Part shown: piece by piece, positions 7,997 to 16,441 of the stretch
How positions within the stretch are numbered: position 1 is the stretch's first letter
How the letters are laid out: each line of letters starts with the position of its first letter
NCBI GenBank assembly: GCA_014379045.1
Contig: JACMMK010000197.1
Coordinates: forward strand, 1 to 34,615
Direction of reading: 5' to 3'
Source: Burkholderiales bacterium
GTDB taxonomy: Bacteria > Pseudomonadota > Gammaproteobacteria > Burkholderiales > CAIKXV01
DNA length: 34,615 nt
Program-made: the position numbers and the translations under genes
The notes under the pieces: generated by a model
The model's database searches: none
What the model saw: only the letters and a program-made list of their open reading frames with translations
Told to the model about the DNA's origin: nothing

Positions 7997-8459
7997 CCTG
8001 CTCGGAATCGCCTACCTGCTGTTGACCGGGTCGGCCCCGGCGCGCATCCGGGCGCAATTCCAAGTATCGGAAACCGCACTGGTGCGTGCGCTTGCACACC
8101 TCGACCGGATCAAGGTGATCGACCTGCTGCCGGGCAATCGCGTGCGCCTGCGCGTCTCGCGCAACATGCGTTGGCGGCCCGATGGCCCGCTCGCGCGCCG
8201 CTTTCGCGCGCAGGCACTCGATGACTTCTTCGCGCGAAGCTTCACGCAGCCGTTGGAGAAAATCCGGTTTCTTGCCGGAGAACTCACTCCCGCGTCGATC
8301 GGGGTGCTGCAAAAGAAGCTCGACCTCGTTGCTGCCGAGTTCGCCGAACTGCTGGAACTCGATTCGGCGTCCGCCCAGCGCGAGCGACGCCATGTGGGCC
8401 TGGTGACCGCCATTCGCCCCTGGACCTTCCCGGTGGTGGCAGGGCTCGCGCGTCGATGA
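7989..8459 (+). pseudogene. winged-helix regulator-like ORF apparently lacking its 5' end and start codon
   Basis: The track ORF is 8022-8459 with a TTG start. The wHTH-like sequence (ILLGIAYLLLTG-SAPARIRAQFQVSETALVRALAHLDRIKVIDLLPGNRVRLRV) already begins upstream of that TTG. The frame is open back to a TGA at 7947-7949, with no ATG, GTG or TTG in between. Confidence 0.35.
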
Positions 8460-8675
8460 GGCTGGCCCAGGCGCAGGCGGCGCGCTCGAAACGCGTGGGT
8501 GTCTTGTTACCGTCTGCACCGGTGCATGGAAGCGCAGTCGTGGTCACGACGCGGAGGATCTACAATGGTGAGGTCCATCACGGCTCGAACAAGACTGCGA
8601 TCAGTCGAAGCGCGCGGCCGCACCGGCGTGGCGCGGAGGCGCGGCCGCCGGGCCACTGAACGGGAGGAGGACACA

Positions 8676-9647
8676 GTGACTTTCTTTCTTGCGGCGCTGC
8701 TGATCTGCGTCGGCTGGATCGCCGCGCCGACGATCTCGATCGGCGCCGAGGCGTATCCATCGCGACCGATCCGCATGATCGTCCCTACCGGTGCGGGCGG
8801 GGTGACCGACACGCTGGGCCGCGTGCTCGGGCAGCGCCTGACCGAAAGGCTGGGGCAGCAGGTGCTGATCGACAACCGACCGGGTGCGAGCGGCATCGTC
8901 GGCTCTCAGATCGTCGCGAAGGCGGCACCCGATGGTTACAGTCTGCTGATGGTGTTTCCGTCGCACGTGGTCAACCCGAGCCTGTACGCGACCATGCCGT
9001 ACGACACGATCAAGGCGTTCGCACCGATCACGATGGTGAGCAGCGTGTCGACTACGTTGCTCGTGCCCGGAAATTCGCGCGCGAAATCGGTGCAGGACCT
9101 GATCGCACTGTCGAAAGAGCCTTCGTCCAATCTGAACTACGGGTCGGTCGGGCGCGGCAGTCTCGGACATCTCGCCTCGGAACTGCTGGCTTCGACGTCG
9201 GGCATGAACATCACGCACGTCGCGTACAAGGGCAGTCCGCAGATCATGGCGGCGCTGTTGTCGGGCGAGATCCAGATGTACCTGATCGCGTCGGTCGGCT
9301 CGGCACTGCCGCATCTGCAGACCGGACGGTTGCGCGCGCTCGGCGTCAGCACTGCGAAGCGCCTGCCCTCGTTACCCGACGTGCCTGCCATCGCCGAGGC
9401 CGTACCGAGCTATGAAGCGCTGGGGTGGAACGGCGTGGTTGCGCCTGCGGGCACACCCGGCGTTCTGATCGCACAGCTGCACAGGGAAATCGTCCAGATC
9501 GTCAACACCGCCGAGTTCTTGAAGCTGCTCGCGAACGAAGGCGCCGTACCGGTGGGGAATACTCCGGCGGAGTTCGCGGCGGCGATCCGGGCCGACATCG
9601 CGAAGTGGGCAAAGGTCGTGCAGACCGCGGGAATCAGACCGGAGTAG
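8676..9647 (+). CDS. Bug-family (TctC-like) tripartite tricarboxylate transporter substrate-binding protein
   Basis: Signal peptide FFLAALLICVGWIAAPTISIGA, then YPSRPIRMIVPTGAGGVTD, NRPGASG and PDGYSLL, the canonical Bug pattern. GTG 8676 is preceded by GGAGGAGG. Confidence 0.9.
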   Translation: MTFFLAALLICVGWIAAPTISIGAEAYPSRPIRMIVPTGAGGVTDTLGRVLGQRLTERLGQQVLIDNRPGASGIVGSQIVAKAAPDGYSLLMVFPSHVVNPSLYATMPYDTIKAFAPITMVSSVSTTLLVPGNSRAKSVQDLIALSKEPSSNLNYGSVGRGSLGHLASELLASTSGMNITHVAYKGSPQIMAALLSGEIQMYLIASVGSALPHLQTGRLRALGVSTAKRLPSLPDVPAIAEAVPSYEALGWNGVVAPAGTPGVLIAQLHREIVQIVNTAEFLKLLANEGAVPVGNTPAEFAAAIRADIAKWAKVVQTAGIRPE

Positions 9648-9722
9648 TTGCCGCGCTGCCTGCCGATGAGGGCGCGCGAGGACTTCGATCTCATCGGGTA
9701 GCGTCAATGAAAGGGAGACGAG

Positions 9723-10529
9723 ATGCCGTATCTGGAGCTGCCGGACGTAAAGCTGTTCTACCGCGTCGACGACCATACCGATGCCTGGACGAAACCGCAG
9801 ACCGTGCTGTTCGTGCACGGCTTTACCGAAACGAGCGAGGCGTGGCGTGCGTGGGTACCGCATTTCTCACGGCGCTACCGGATGATCCGCATCGACCAGC
9901 GTGGGTTCGGCGAGTCCGGCCCGGTGTCCAGCGATTTTCCGCTGACCACCGATCTGTTCGTCGACGATCTCGTGCGCATCATCGGTCAGGTATCCGCCGA
10001 GCCGGTCCACCTGGTCGGCGGCAAGAGCGGTGGCATCAGCGTCGCCATGCTCGCGGCGACCCGGCCGGATCTGGTGAGGTCGATCACGCTCGCGAGCTCG
10101 ATCGTCACACCGCCGAAGGGTGAAGGCTGGCTCGACCACATGGATCGCCACGGAATGCGCAGCTGGGCGCGCCAGACCATGCGCAATCGCCTCGGCAGCA
10201 AGATGCCCGAGCGCGGCATCGACTGGTGGGTCGACATGATGGGGGCGACCGCGGTGTCGACCGCTCACGCCTACCTGCGCTGGGTCGGTGCGATCGACAT
10301 CCGCGAAGACATCAAGCGGATCAAGTGCCCGACGCTCGTGATCGGCACCCACGCCGCGGGCAAGGATCGCGACGCACTCTCCGCATGGCAGAAGACGATT
10401 CCCGGCTCGGAACTCGCGATCGTGCCGATCGACGGATATCACGCGGCCGGCACCGATCCTGATGCGACTGCGCGGATCACGCTCGAGTTCATCGCGCGCG
10501 TCGGCGGGCCGCACGAGATGCGAATCTGA
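9723..10529 (+). CDS. alpha/beta-fold hydrolase
   Basis: LFVHGFTETSEAWRAWVPHF...IDQRGFGES, nucleophile elbow GGKSGG, late PIDGYHAA. SD AGGGAG precedes the ATG. Confidence 0.8.
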   Translation: MPYLELPDVKLFYRVDDHTDAWTKPQTVLFVHGFTETSEAWRAWVPHFSRRYRMIRIDQRGFGESGPVSSDFPLTTDLFVDDLVRIIGQVSAEPVHLVGGKSGGISVAMLAATRPDLVRSITLASSIVTPPKGEGWLDHMDRHGMRSWARQTMRNRLGSKMPERGIDWWVDMMGATAVSTAHAYLRWVGAIDIREDIKRIKCPTLVIGTHAAGKDRDALSAWQKTIPGSELAIVPIDGYHAAGTDPDATARITLEFIARVGGPHEMRI

Positions 10530-10753
10530 TGAGAGAATCCGGAGTTGGCGATGGCGCGGGACCGCCAGACTATTGCCTGCCCAAATCCCCGCCCCGCTCG
10601 TCGTGCGGGCTGCGGCGCCCGCGGCCAAGGCGCAGACAGCGACCGGCTGTCCGGCGAAGGCAGTACAGCTCATCGTACCTTTATCGATGTCACCGACTTC
10701 ATCCTCGGCGAGGCGAGCCGAATTTCGAAGTCTCTGAAAGCCGCCGGCGCTAA

Positions 10754-10764
10754 GTCAGACTGAC
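10754..10764. promoter_or_regulatory. GTCAG-A-CTGAC palindrome within a T-N11-A frame (10751-10763), 21 nt upstream of the LysR ATG; candidate operator
   Basis: The palindrome is read directly. Any regulatory function is inferred only. Confidence 0.2.
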
Positions 10765-10784
10765 CGGCGACCCGGAGTGTTCCG

Positions 10785-11693
10785 ATGGAACTTCGCCATC
10801 TTCGCTATTTCCTCGCGATCGCCGAGCGCCGCAGCTTTTCCCGAGCAGCCGAGAGGTTGCATGTGTCGCAGCCGACGCTCTCCGAGCAGATTCATCGACT
10901 CGAGATCGAACTCGGCGTCGCACTGTTCGAGCGGTTGCCGCGCCGGGTAGAGCTGACGGAGGCCGGGACGTTGTTTCAGCAGCGTTGTCTGCGCGCCATG
11001 CGGGAGCTTGAAGCCGGACAAAACGAGATCGCCGATCTCCAGGGGCTCTTGCGCGGCACCATCCGCGTCGCGCTGTTCCATTCCTTCTCGGCTTCGCTGC
11101 TGCCAGCGATCGTGGCGCGCTTTTCAGGTCTTTACCCAGCCGTCCATGTCGTTGCACGACTTATTCCGCGCGACCAGATGGAGCGCGAGTTGCTGGCGGG
11201 GGAGATCGACCTCGCCGTCGCCTACTTGTCTTCCGATACTGCGCACATCGTCTCCGAAGTGTTGTTCGATGAGCCTATGCGACTTATCGTCAACGCGATG
11301 CATCCGCTTGCGCGCAAGCGCACCCTTGCACTGCGCGCGCTCGACGGCCTCGAGATGGTGCTGCTCACGCGGGAGTTCTCCGCGCGGCAGTATCTGGACG
11401 GTCTGTTCGCGAACGCGGGCGTCGTACCACGGCTGCTGCTCGAAATGAACGCAATCGAACCCATTCTCGCAACCGTGCTCCACAGTCAGCTCGCGAGCGT
11501 GGTGGCTGAAGGTGCTTTGCACGGCAGGGCCGACCTACGCGCAATCAGGCTCACAGGTCCGGAACCGATTCGCCAGGGCGCGTTGCTTTGGCGCCGGGAG
11601 GGCACACGCTCGGCAGCGGCTCTGCGCTTCGCCGCGCTGGTGCGCGAGGCCTATGCCGCCAGAAAGTCGGGTGACAACCGCGGTGAGGACTGA
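10785..11693 (+). CDS. LysR-family transcriptional regulator
   Basis: MELRHLRYFLAIAERRSFSRAAERLHVSQPTLSEQIHRLEIELGVALFER is a canonical LTTR HTH. Confidence 0.9.
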   Translation: MELRHLRYFLAIAERRSFSRAAERLHVSQPTLSEQIHRLEIELGVALFERLPRRVELTEAGTLFQQRCLRAMRELEAGQNEIADLQGLLRGTIRVALFHSFSASLLPAIVARFSGLYPAVHVVARLIPRDQMERELLAGEIDLAVAYLSSDTAHIVSEVLFDEPMRLIVNAMHPLARKRTLALRALDGLEMVLLTREFSARQYLDGLFANAGVVPRLLLEMNAIEPILATVLHSQLASVVAEGALHGRADLRAIRLTGPEPIRQGALLWRREGTRSAAALRFAALVREAYAARKSGDNRGED

Positions 11694-11729
11694 ATTGCAA
11701 CGCATCGCGGTGATGTGATTCGAGCCTTG

Positions 11730-11746
11730 GCGGCCCGTCCGGCCGC
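11730..11746. terminator. GC hairpin (GCGGCC-cgtcc-GGCCGC) between convergent genes; weak candidate bidirectional terminator
   Basis: The stem is read directly. There is no flanking U-tract. Confidence 0.2.
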
Positions 11747-11784
11747 GTGCGCATCGCGTGGACCTAGCCGCTGCGGATCGGGGC

Positions 11785-12660
11785 TCAGTACACCAATCCT
11801 GCCGCGGCCGCTCTAGGCAAGTCTTTTTCGGCCTCCGCCACCTGTTCGAAAAAGAGGTCGATGTAGGCTTTGAACGTCGTGTCGTGGCGCTGCGTCTCGA
11901 GTTCGCCGAAATCGACCTGTGGGCGCGGTTGCAGATCGAAATGCCCGTGTTCGTCGTTACCCCGAACGAGCGACGCCGGCATCCGGCGCTTCGCGATGGA
12001 ACGCGTTCGCGTCGGAATATAGCTCAGTGCAACGCCCACGCGCCGCGCCTCGGAACGATTGGGTTGCGACTGATGCACCATGCAGGTGTGGTGCAACGAG
12101 AACTGCCCCGGCTCGAGGATCGCGCGCACGATCTGCGACTGATCGAACCATTCAACGATGATTTGTCCGGCCGTATTGACACTGTTCTTGATCATCCCGG
12201 TGCGTTGCAAAAGCGGGCCACGGATATGGCTGCCAACGGCGAATTCGAGTGGTCCCGCCTGCGGTCCCACCTCCGACAGCGCGACCCATGCGGTGACGTG
12301 ATCGAACGGGCGCAATCCGAAGTACGTGCAATCCTGATGCCATGCGGCGATGCCTTCGCTGTTCGACTCCTTGATGAAAAAGCGACTCGTGTACAGCAGG
12401 ATATCCGGACCGAGCAGCGCCTCCACCGCTTCAAGAATGGCGGGCGTGCGCGCCAGTTCGTCGACCCAGCGGCACAACAGGTGAAGGTTGCCGCGATACT
12501 TCTTGTCGATCGCCATCAACGACCCACCGAGATGTGCCTCGGTCGTATCCAGCGCCGCGCGATAGCGCGTCACATCCATACTGCTTAGTGCGTCGAGCGG
12601 GGACAAGTATCCATTCGCGCGGTACTCCTTGACTTGCTTGGCGCTCAGGCCGGTCGACAT
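11785..12660 (-). CDS. phytanoyl-CoA dioxygenase (PhyH) family Fe(II)/2-oxoglutarate dioxygenase
   Basis: GYLSPLDALS..., AWHQDCTYFGL (HxD facial-triad region) and VTAWVALSEV. ATG 12660 is preceded by GGAGGA. The track start at 12894 adds 78 Arg-rich residues. Confidence 0.8.
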   Translation of the reverse strand: MSTGLSAKQVKEYRANGYLSPLDALSSMDVTRYRAALDTTEAHLGGSLMAIDKKYRGNLHLLCRWVDELARTPAILEAVEALLGPDILLYTSRFFIKESNSEGIAAWHQDCTYFGLRPFDHVTAWVALSEVGPQAGPLEFAVGSHIRGPLLQRTGMIKNSVNTAGQIIVEWFDQSQIVRAILEPGQFSLHHTCMVHQSQPNRSEARRVGVALSYIPTRTRSIAKRRMPASLVRGNDEHGHFDLQPRPQVDFGELETQRHDTTFKAYIDLFFEQVAEAEKDLPRAAAAGLVY

Positions 12661-13091
12661 GATTCGTCCTCCGCGATGAATACGACTGCAGCGATTGTCG
12701 TGGCACGCGTCCGTCATGATGCCGACGGCTCGTGCACCCCCCTGTCGAATTCGTGCCACACCAGTTCGCCCGGCAGCGGACGCGCTCAAGTGCTCTTTCC
12801 ACACACGCGGGTACCGCTGTGCGGACTTGCGAGCGGCACGCGCATCGATTCCGACACGCGAGGAATTTATAGTCGTGGGACTTTCAAAACGCAAATCAGG
12901 CGTGCGCAGCCGATGACTTGATGCGGACGCAGCGCTGCCATAGGTTCTGCCGATAGCGACGATCGTTCACACCGTATTGCTTCACGTGAAGGACGCCGCT
13001 AGGCTCGGACCGAATAGACGTCCGCCCGTCGTTGCGCCATGTTTGACCGCGCGGAGCGCGACGCGATGAACGGCGGAGGAGGAATTACAGG

Positions 13092-14213
13092 ATGGGTGCA
13101 CGCTCGATCGAGCAGGTGCCGGTATGGATCGTCACCGGCTTTCTGGGAAGTGGCAAGACGACGCTGCTCAATCGTGTACTGTGCGACACGGGTTTCCGGC
13201 AGGCAGCGGTCGTAGTCGGCGAGTACGGAACGGTCGGCGTCGACGATCGACTGCTCGAAGCATCGCCGGCGCGCAAGCGCATCGTCGATGGCGGGTGCCA
13301 GTGCGGTCACGTCCATGACGAAATTGGCGCACGCCTGCTCGACCTCGCGCAGTCGCGAGAGGACGCAGCCGACTGCGACTTGTTCGATTGTGCGATCGTA
13401 GAGACATCCGGTCTGGACGATCCGGTACCGCTGGTGCAGTTGCTGTCGACCGACCCGGTGATTACCCGCCATTACGCGCTGCAGTCGGTCGTGACAGTAG
13501 TCGACGGACTACACGGGCGCGAGTGCCTTCAACGTTGGTCGGAAGCGGTGAAGCAAGCGTCGGTTGCCGACACCGTAGTCATCAGCAAGATCGATCTCGC
13601 GCCTCCCGAACTGCTGACGTCGTTACAGCAGGACATCGGTCGGCTGAACCCGGCCGCCCGCATTTTCCGTGCGATCCGCGGCGACGTCGATGCCCGGGAG
13701 TTGCTCGCACCCACGGTGACCGATGGCGCCGTCGACATGGTGTCGCGTCTGGCGCAGATCGAACAGGCGCTGTCGGCGAATGCGAACACGCGCAGTGCGA
13801 TCGATCCGTTGCTGGCCACCTTCGCGCTGTCTCACGACGAGCCGGTCACCCGTCCTGGCCTGGTGCTATGGCTGCACCTGCTCGCCGGACTGCGCGGCAG
13901 CGGGCTGATGAGGGTGAAGGGTATCGTGAACGTCGAAGGCCGGCCGGTTGCGATTCACGCCGTGCAGAAGGTCGTGAGCGAGCCGCAGGAACTCGCCGCG
14001 TGGCCCGATGACGATCACCGGACGCGGCTGGTGTTCATCGTACGCGGCATGGATGCCGACGACGTTCGCACGACCTTCCAGGCACTTCATACCGAGGCGG
14101 GTCGCGATACCCGGAACCTCGTCATCCGCCCGGAGCGTTACGCCGCGTTCGTCAAGGCGATCCAGGCATTCCGCCATTCCGACACGCGTCCTTCACCGGA
14201 GTCTGTTCTATGA
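13092..14213 (+). CDS. COG0523/CobW-family G3E P-loop GTPase (putative metallochaperone) with a variant metal motif
   Basis: VWIVTGFLGSGKTTLLN (P-loop), IVETSGLDDPVPLVQ (switch), VISKIDL (NKxD-type), C-terminal CobW_C-like domain. GGCQCGHVH occupies the position of the canonical GCxCC. SD GGAGGAGG. Confidence 0.85.
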   Translation: MGARSIEQVPVWIVTGFLGSGKTTLLNRVLCDTGFRQAAVVVGEYGTVGVDDRLLEASPARKRIVDGGCQCGHVHDEIGARLLDLAQSREDAADCDLFDCAIVETSGLDDPVPLVQLLSTDPVITRHYALQSVVTVVDGLHGRECLQRWSEAVKQASVADTVVISKIDLAPPELLTSLQQDIGRLNPAARIFRAIRGDVDARELLAPTVTDGAVDMVSRLAQIEQALSANANTRSAIDPLLATFALSHDEPVTRPGLVLWLHLLAGLRGSGLMRVKGIVNVEGRPVAIHAVQKVVSEPQELAAWPDDDHRTRLVFIVRGMDADDVRTTFQALHTEAGRDTRNLVIRPERYAAFVKAIQAFRHSDTRPSPESVL

Positions 14214-15568
14214 GTACGTCACTGGCTGCCCCCGCAACCCCTGCCGACGCAGTGCCGTTGTTCGTCACTGCGGCGTCGTTGATCGATTGCACCGGCGCAT
14301 CCCCGATACGCGATGCCGTGGTCGAGATCCGGGGGAAGCGAATCCACGCGGTCGGCACGCGTGGCGCGATGCAGATTCCGGCTGGCGCGAAGGTCATCGA
14401 CTGCGGCGGCGCCACGTTGATCCCGGGGATGATCGACTGCCATATCCTCACGATGATGTTCAACTGTCTGACCTTCCACAATTTTCGCGTCGCGCAGTGG
14501 GAGATCACGCCGGAACTGCAGCAGATGTACGGGCTGTTCCACGCGCAGATCTGTTTCGACATGGGCTTCACGACGCTGCGCGACATGGGGCTGTCGTCGA
14601 GCCGGGGGCTGTTGGTCGCGGAGGCGTGCGCGATCCGCGACGCGATCGATGTCGGCATCGTCGAAGGTCCGCGGATGCTGATCTCCGCGTTCACCACGAT
14701 CACCGGCTCGCACCTCGACCTGATCCAGCCGCGCGCCGCGCTGCGCGTCGGCTTCCAGACGGCCGATGGGCCGTGGGAGCTGCGCAAGCTCGCGCGTACC
14801 AACCTGCTGGCCGGCTGCGACGTGATCAAGACCTGTGCGTCGGGCGGGGGCGGCACCGACAAGGAGGAGCCCGACATTCGCAACATGACGCAGGTCGAGC
14901 TCGACGCGGTGGTCGACGAGGCCCACGCGTTCCACAAGATCTGCGCGGTGCATTGCTTTACCCCCGACGCACAGCAGATGGCGATGCAGGCCGGCGCCGA
15001 CACGCTGGAGCACATGGTGTTCCACAACCGTGAGACGGTCGACAAGATCGCCAGCACCGGCGTGTACGTGACGCCGACGCTGTCGCATCGCACCGATCAC
15101 GCGATCGAGTTGCGTCGGCTGCAGGGTACCTCGATGTTCGTGATCAACAAGATGAAGAGCATCCAGGCCAACTGCTTCGAGACGTTCCAGGTAATGTACG
15201 AATCGGGCGTCAACATCGCGATGGGGACCGACATGGGGTTCGATCCCGAGATGGGCAGCAATGCCCGTGAATTGGCGCTCTACGTCGACCTTGGCATGCA
15301 GCCTATGCATGCGCTGCAGTCCGCGACGCTGAATGCCGCGCGCGCATTGAAGCTCGACCGCGATCTGGGTACGGTCGAGCCGGGCAAGCTTGCCGACCTG
15401 GTCGCGGTGAAAGGTGACCCGCTTGCCGACATCGCCTGCCTGCAAAGCAAGCAGAACATCGAACTCGTTATGAAGGAGGGGAAGGTCTACGCCGACCGAC
15501 GGCCGGGAAACTCGAAGAACGTCGTGCAGGCCGAACCCGGCAGCTGGAAGATCGTCGACTACCTGTGA
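14210..15568 (+). CDS. amidohydrolase-superfamily protein (COG1228-like) with a degenerate HxH motif
   Basis: TLIPGMIDCHIL (HxL where HxH is expected), VIKTCASGG, AVHC, LEH, MGTD, GTVEPGKLADLV. The ATG overlaps the upstream stop (ATGA). Confidence 0.8.
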   Translation: MSTSLAAPATPADAVPLFVTAASLIDCTGASPIRDAVVEIRGKRIHAVGTRGAMQIPAGAKVIDCGGATLIPGMIDCHILTMMFNCLTFHNFRVAQWEITPELQQMYGLFHAQICFDMGFTTLRDMGLSSSRGLLVAEACAIRDAIDVGIVEGPRMLISAFTTITGSHLDLIQPRAALRVGFQTADGPWELRKLARTNLLAGCDVIKTCASGGGGTDKEEPDIRNMTQVELDAVVDEAHAFHKICAVHCFTPDAQQMAMQAGADTLEHMVFHNRETVDKIASTGVYVTPTLSHRTDHAIELRRLQGTSMFVINKMKSIQANCFETFQVMYESGVNIAMGTDMGFDPEMGSNARELALYVDLGMQPMHALQSATLNAARALKLDRDLGTVEPGKLADLVAVKGDPLADIACLQSKQNIELVMKEGKVYADRRPGNSKNVVQAEPGSWKIVDYL

Positions 15569-16308
15569 GCAAGCCGGCGCCGATGCCGCAGGCCGCCGTG
15601 GTCACCGGTGCGAGCACCGGGATCGGACGCGCCGTCGCCGAGCGGTTGCTCGAGCGCGGCCATACCGTGATCACGCTGCAGCGCTCGCGCCCGGCGTGGT
15701 CGCATCCGTCGCTGATCGCGTATCAGGTGGACCTGGCCGATGCGCACGCGACCCGAGCGATCGCGGGCGAGATCGCCGGGGCGCATCCGGTCCGCTACCT
15801 GGTCAACAACGCAGGCGCCAATCGGCCTGCGGCGATCGAGAACGCGACGGTCGAGGACCTCGCCTACGTGTCGTCGGTGACGCTGGGTGCGTCATTGCTG
15901 CTGATGCAGGCGTTCCTGCCCGGCATGCGCGAGGCGCGCTTCGGTCGCGTCGTCAACGTGTCTTCCCGGGCAGTGCTCGGCAAGTCGGAGCGGGTCGTCT
16001 ATTCGAGCGCGAAGGCAGGGTTGATCGGCATGACGCGTACCTCGGCAATCGAGACGGGTCGCGACGGGATCACGATCAATGCGGTGGTGCCAGGGCCCGT
16101 GGCGAGCGAACTGTTCGATCGCGGCCACCCTCACGGCGGGACGAAACGGCAGTTGGTGATCGACCGTATTCTGGTCGGTCGCGTCGGCGAGCCCGCCGAT
16201 ATCGCTCACGCGATCCTGTTCCTGCTGGCGCCCGAAAGCGGCTACATCACGGGGCAGGCGCTGTTCGTCTGTGGTGGAACGAGCGTGACCGGGACAGGTG
16301 GCGAGTGA
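15565..16308 (+). CDS. SDR-family oxidoreductase
   Basis: VVTGASTGIGRA, NNAG and YSSAKAGLIGMTR. The GTG start overlaps the upstream stop (GTGA). ATG 15583 is an alternative start. Confidence 0.85.
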   Translation: MSKPAPMPQAAVVTGASTGIGRAVAERLLERGHTVITLQRSRPAWSHPSLIAYQVDLADAHATRAIAGEIAGAHPVRYLVNNAGANRPAAIENATVEDLAYVSSVTLGASLLLMQAFLPGMREARFGRVVNVSSRAVLGKSERVVYSSAKAGLIGMTRTSAIETGRDGITINAVVPGPVASELFDRGHPHGGTKRQLVIDRILVGRVGEPADIAHAILFLLAPESGYITGQALFVCGGTSVTGTGGE

Positions 16309-16441
16309 ATCGCCTGTTCCTAACGTTGCACGGCAATCGGAGGTCTGGGAACGGGTGGGCGTTCGCGTAGTCGCGACCCATAGGTCATGCAATCGATCGA
16401 TCCGTGCAGCAGACACGGACGAACAGCCAGAGGAGGAGTCG

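Noticed and set aside
7794-8519. 241-aa minus-strand ORF
   Set aside because: It lies antisense to the winged-helix-like ORF. Its sequence is low-complexity and Arg/Gly/Pro-rich, and the plus frame has the better coding character.
9663-9697. Stem CCGATGAG...CTCATCGG after the first Bug gene, as a terminator
   Set aside because: It has a 19-nt loop and no U-tract, and the hydrolase gene follows 25 nt later with its own SD. It is probably not a terminator.
9867-10673. 268-aa minus-strand ORF and small ORFs in 10530-10784
   Set aside because: The long ORF is antisense to the alpha/beta hydrolase. The small ORFs in the 255-nt spacer have no motifs, no SD and mixed codon bias, so I treat the spacer as non-coding.
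12701-12758. Two TGGCACG hexamer-plus-G elements, one per strand, as sigma-54 promoters for PhyH or the COG0523 operon
   Set aside because: The -24 halves are perfect, but the -12 positions read CGTCA and CGACA and lack the conserved TTGC/GC. I record them only as an inverted repeat.
12840-13091. Cobalamin riboswitch or Zur box upstream of the COG0523 gene
   Set aside because: I found no B12-box-like GCCACTG core and no AT-rich Zur-type palindrome by eye. This cannot be excluded without an Infernal scan.
14152-15445. 313-aa and 408-aa minus-strand ORFs
   Set aside because: Both lie antisense to the amidohydrolase gene.
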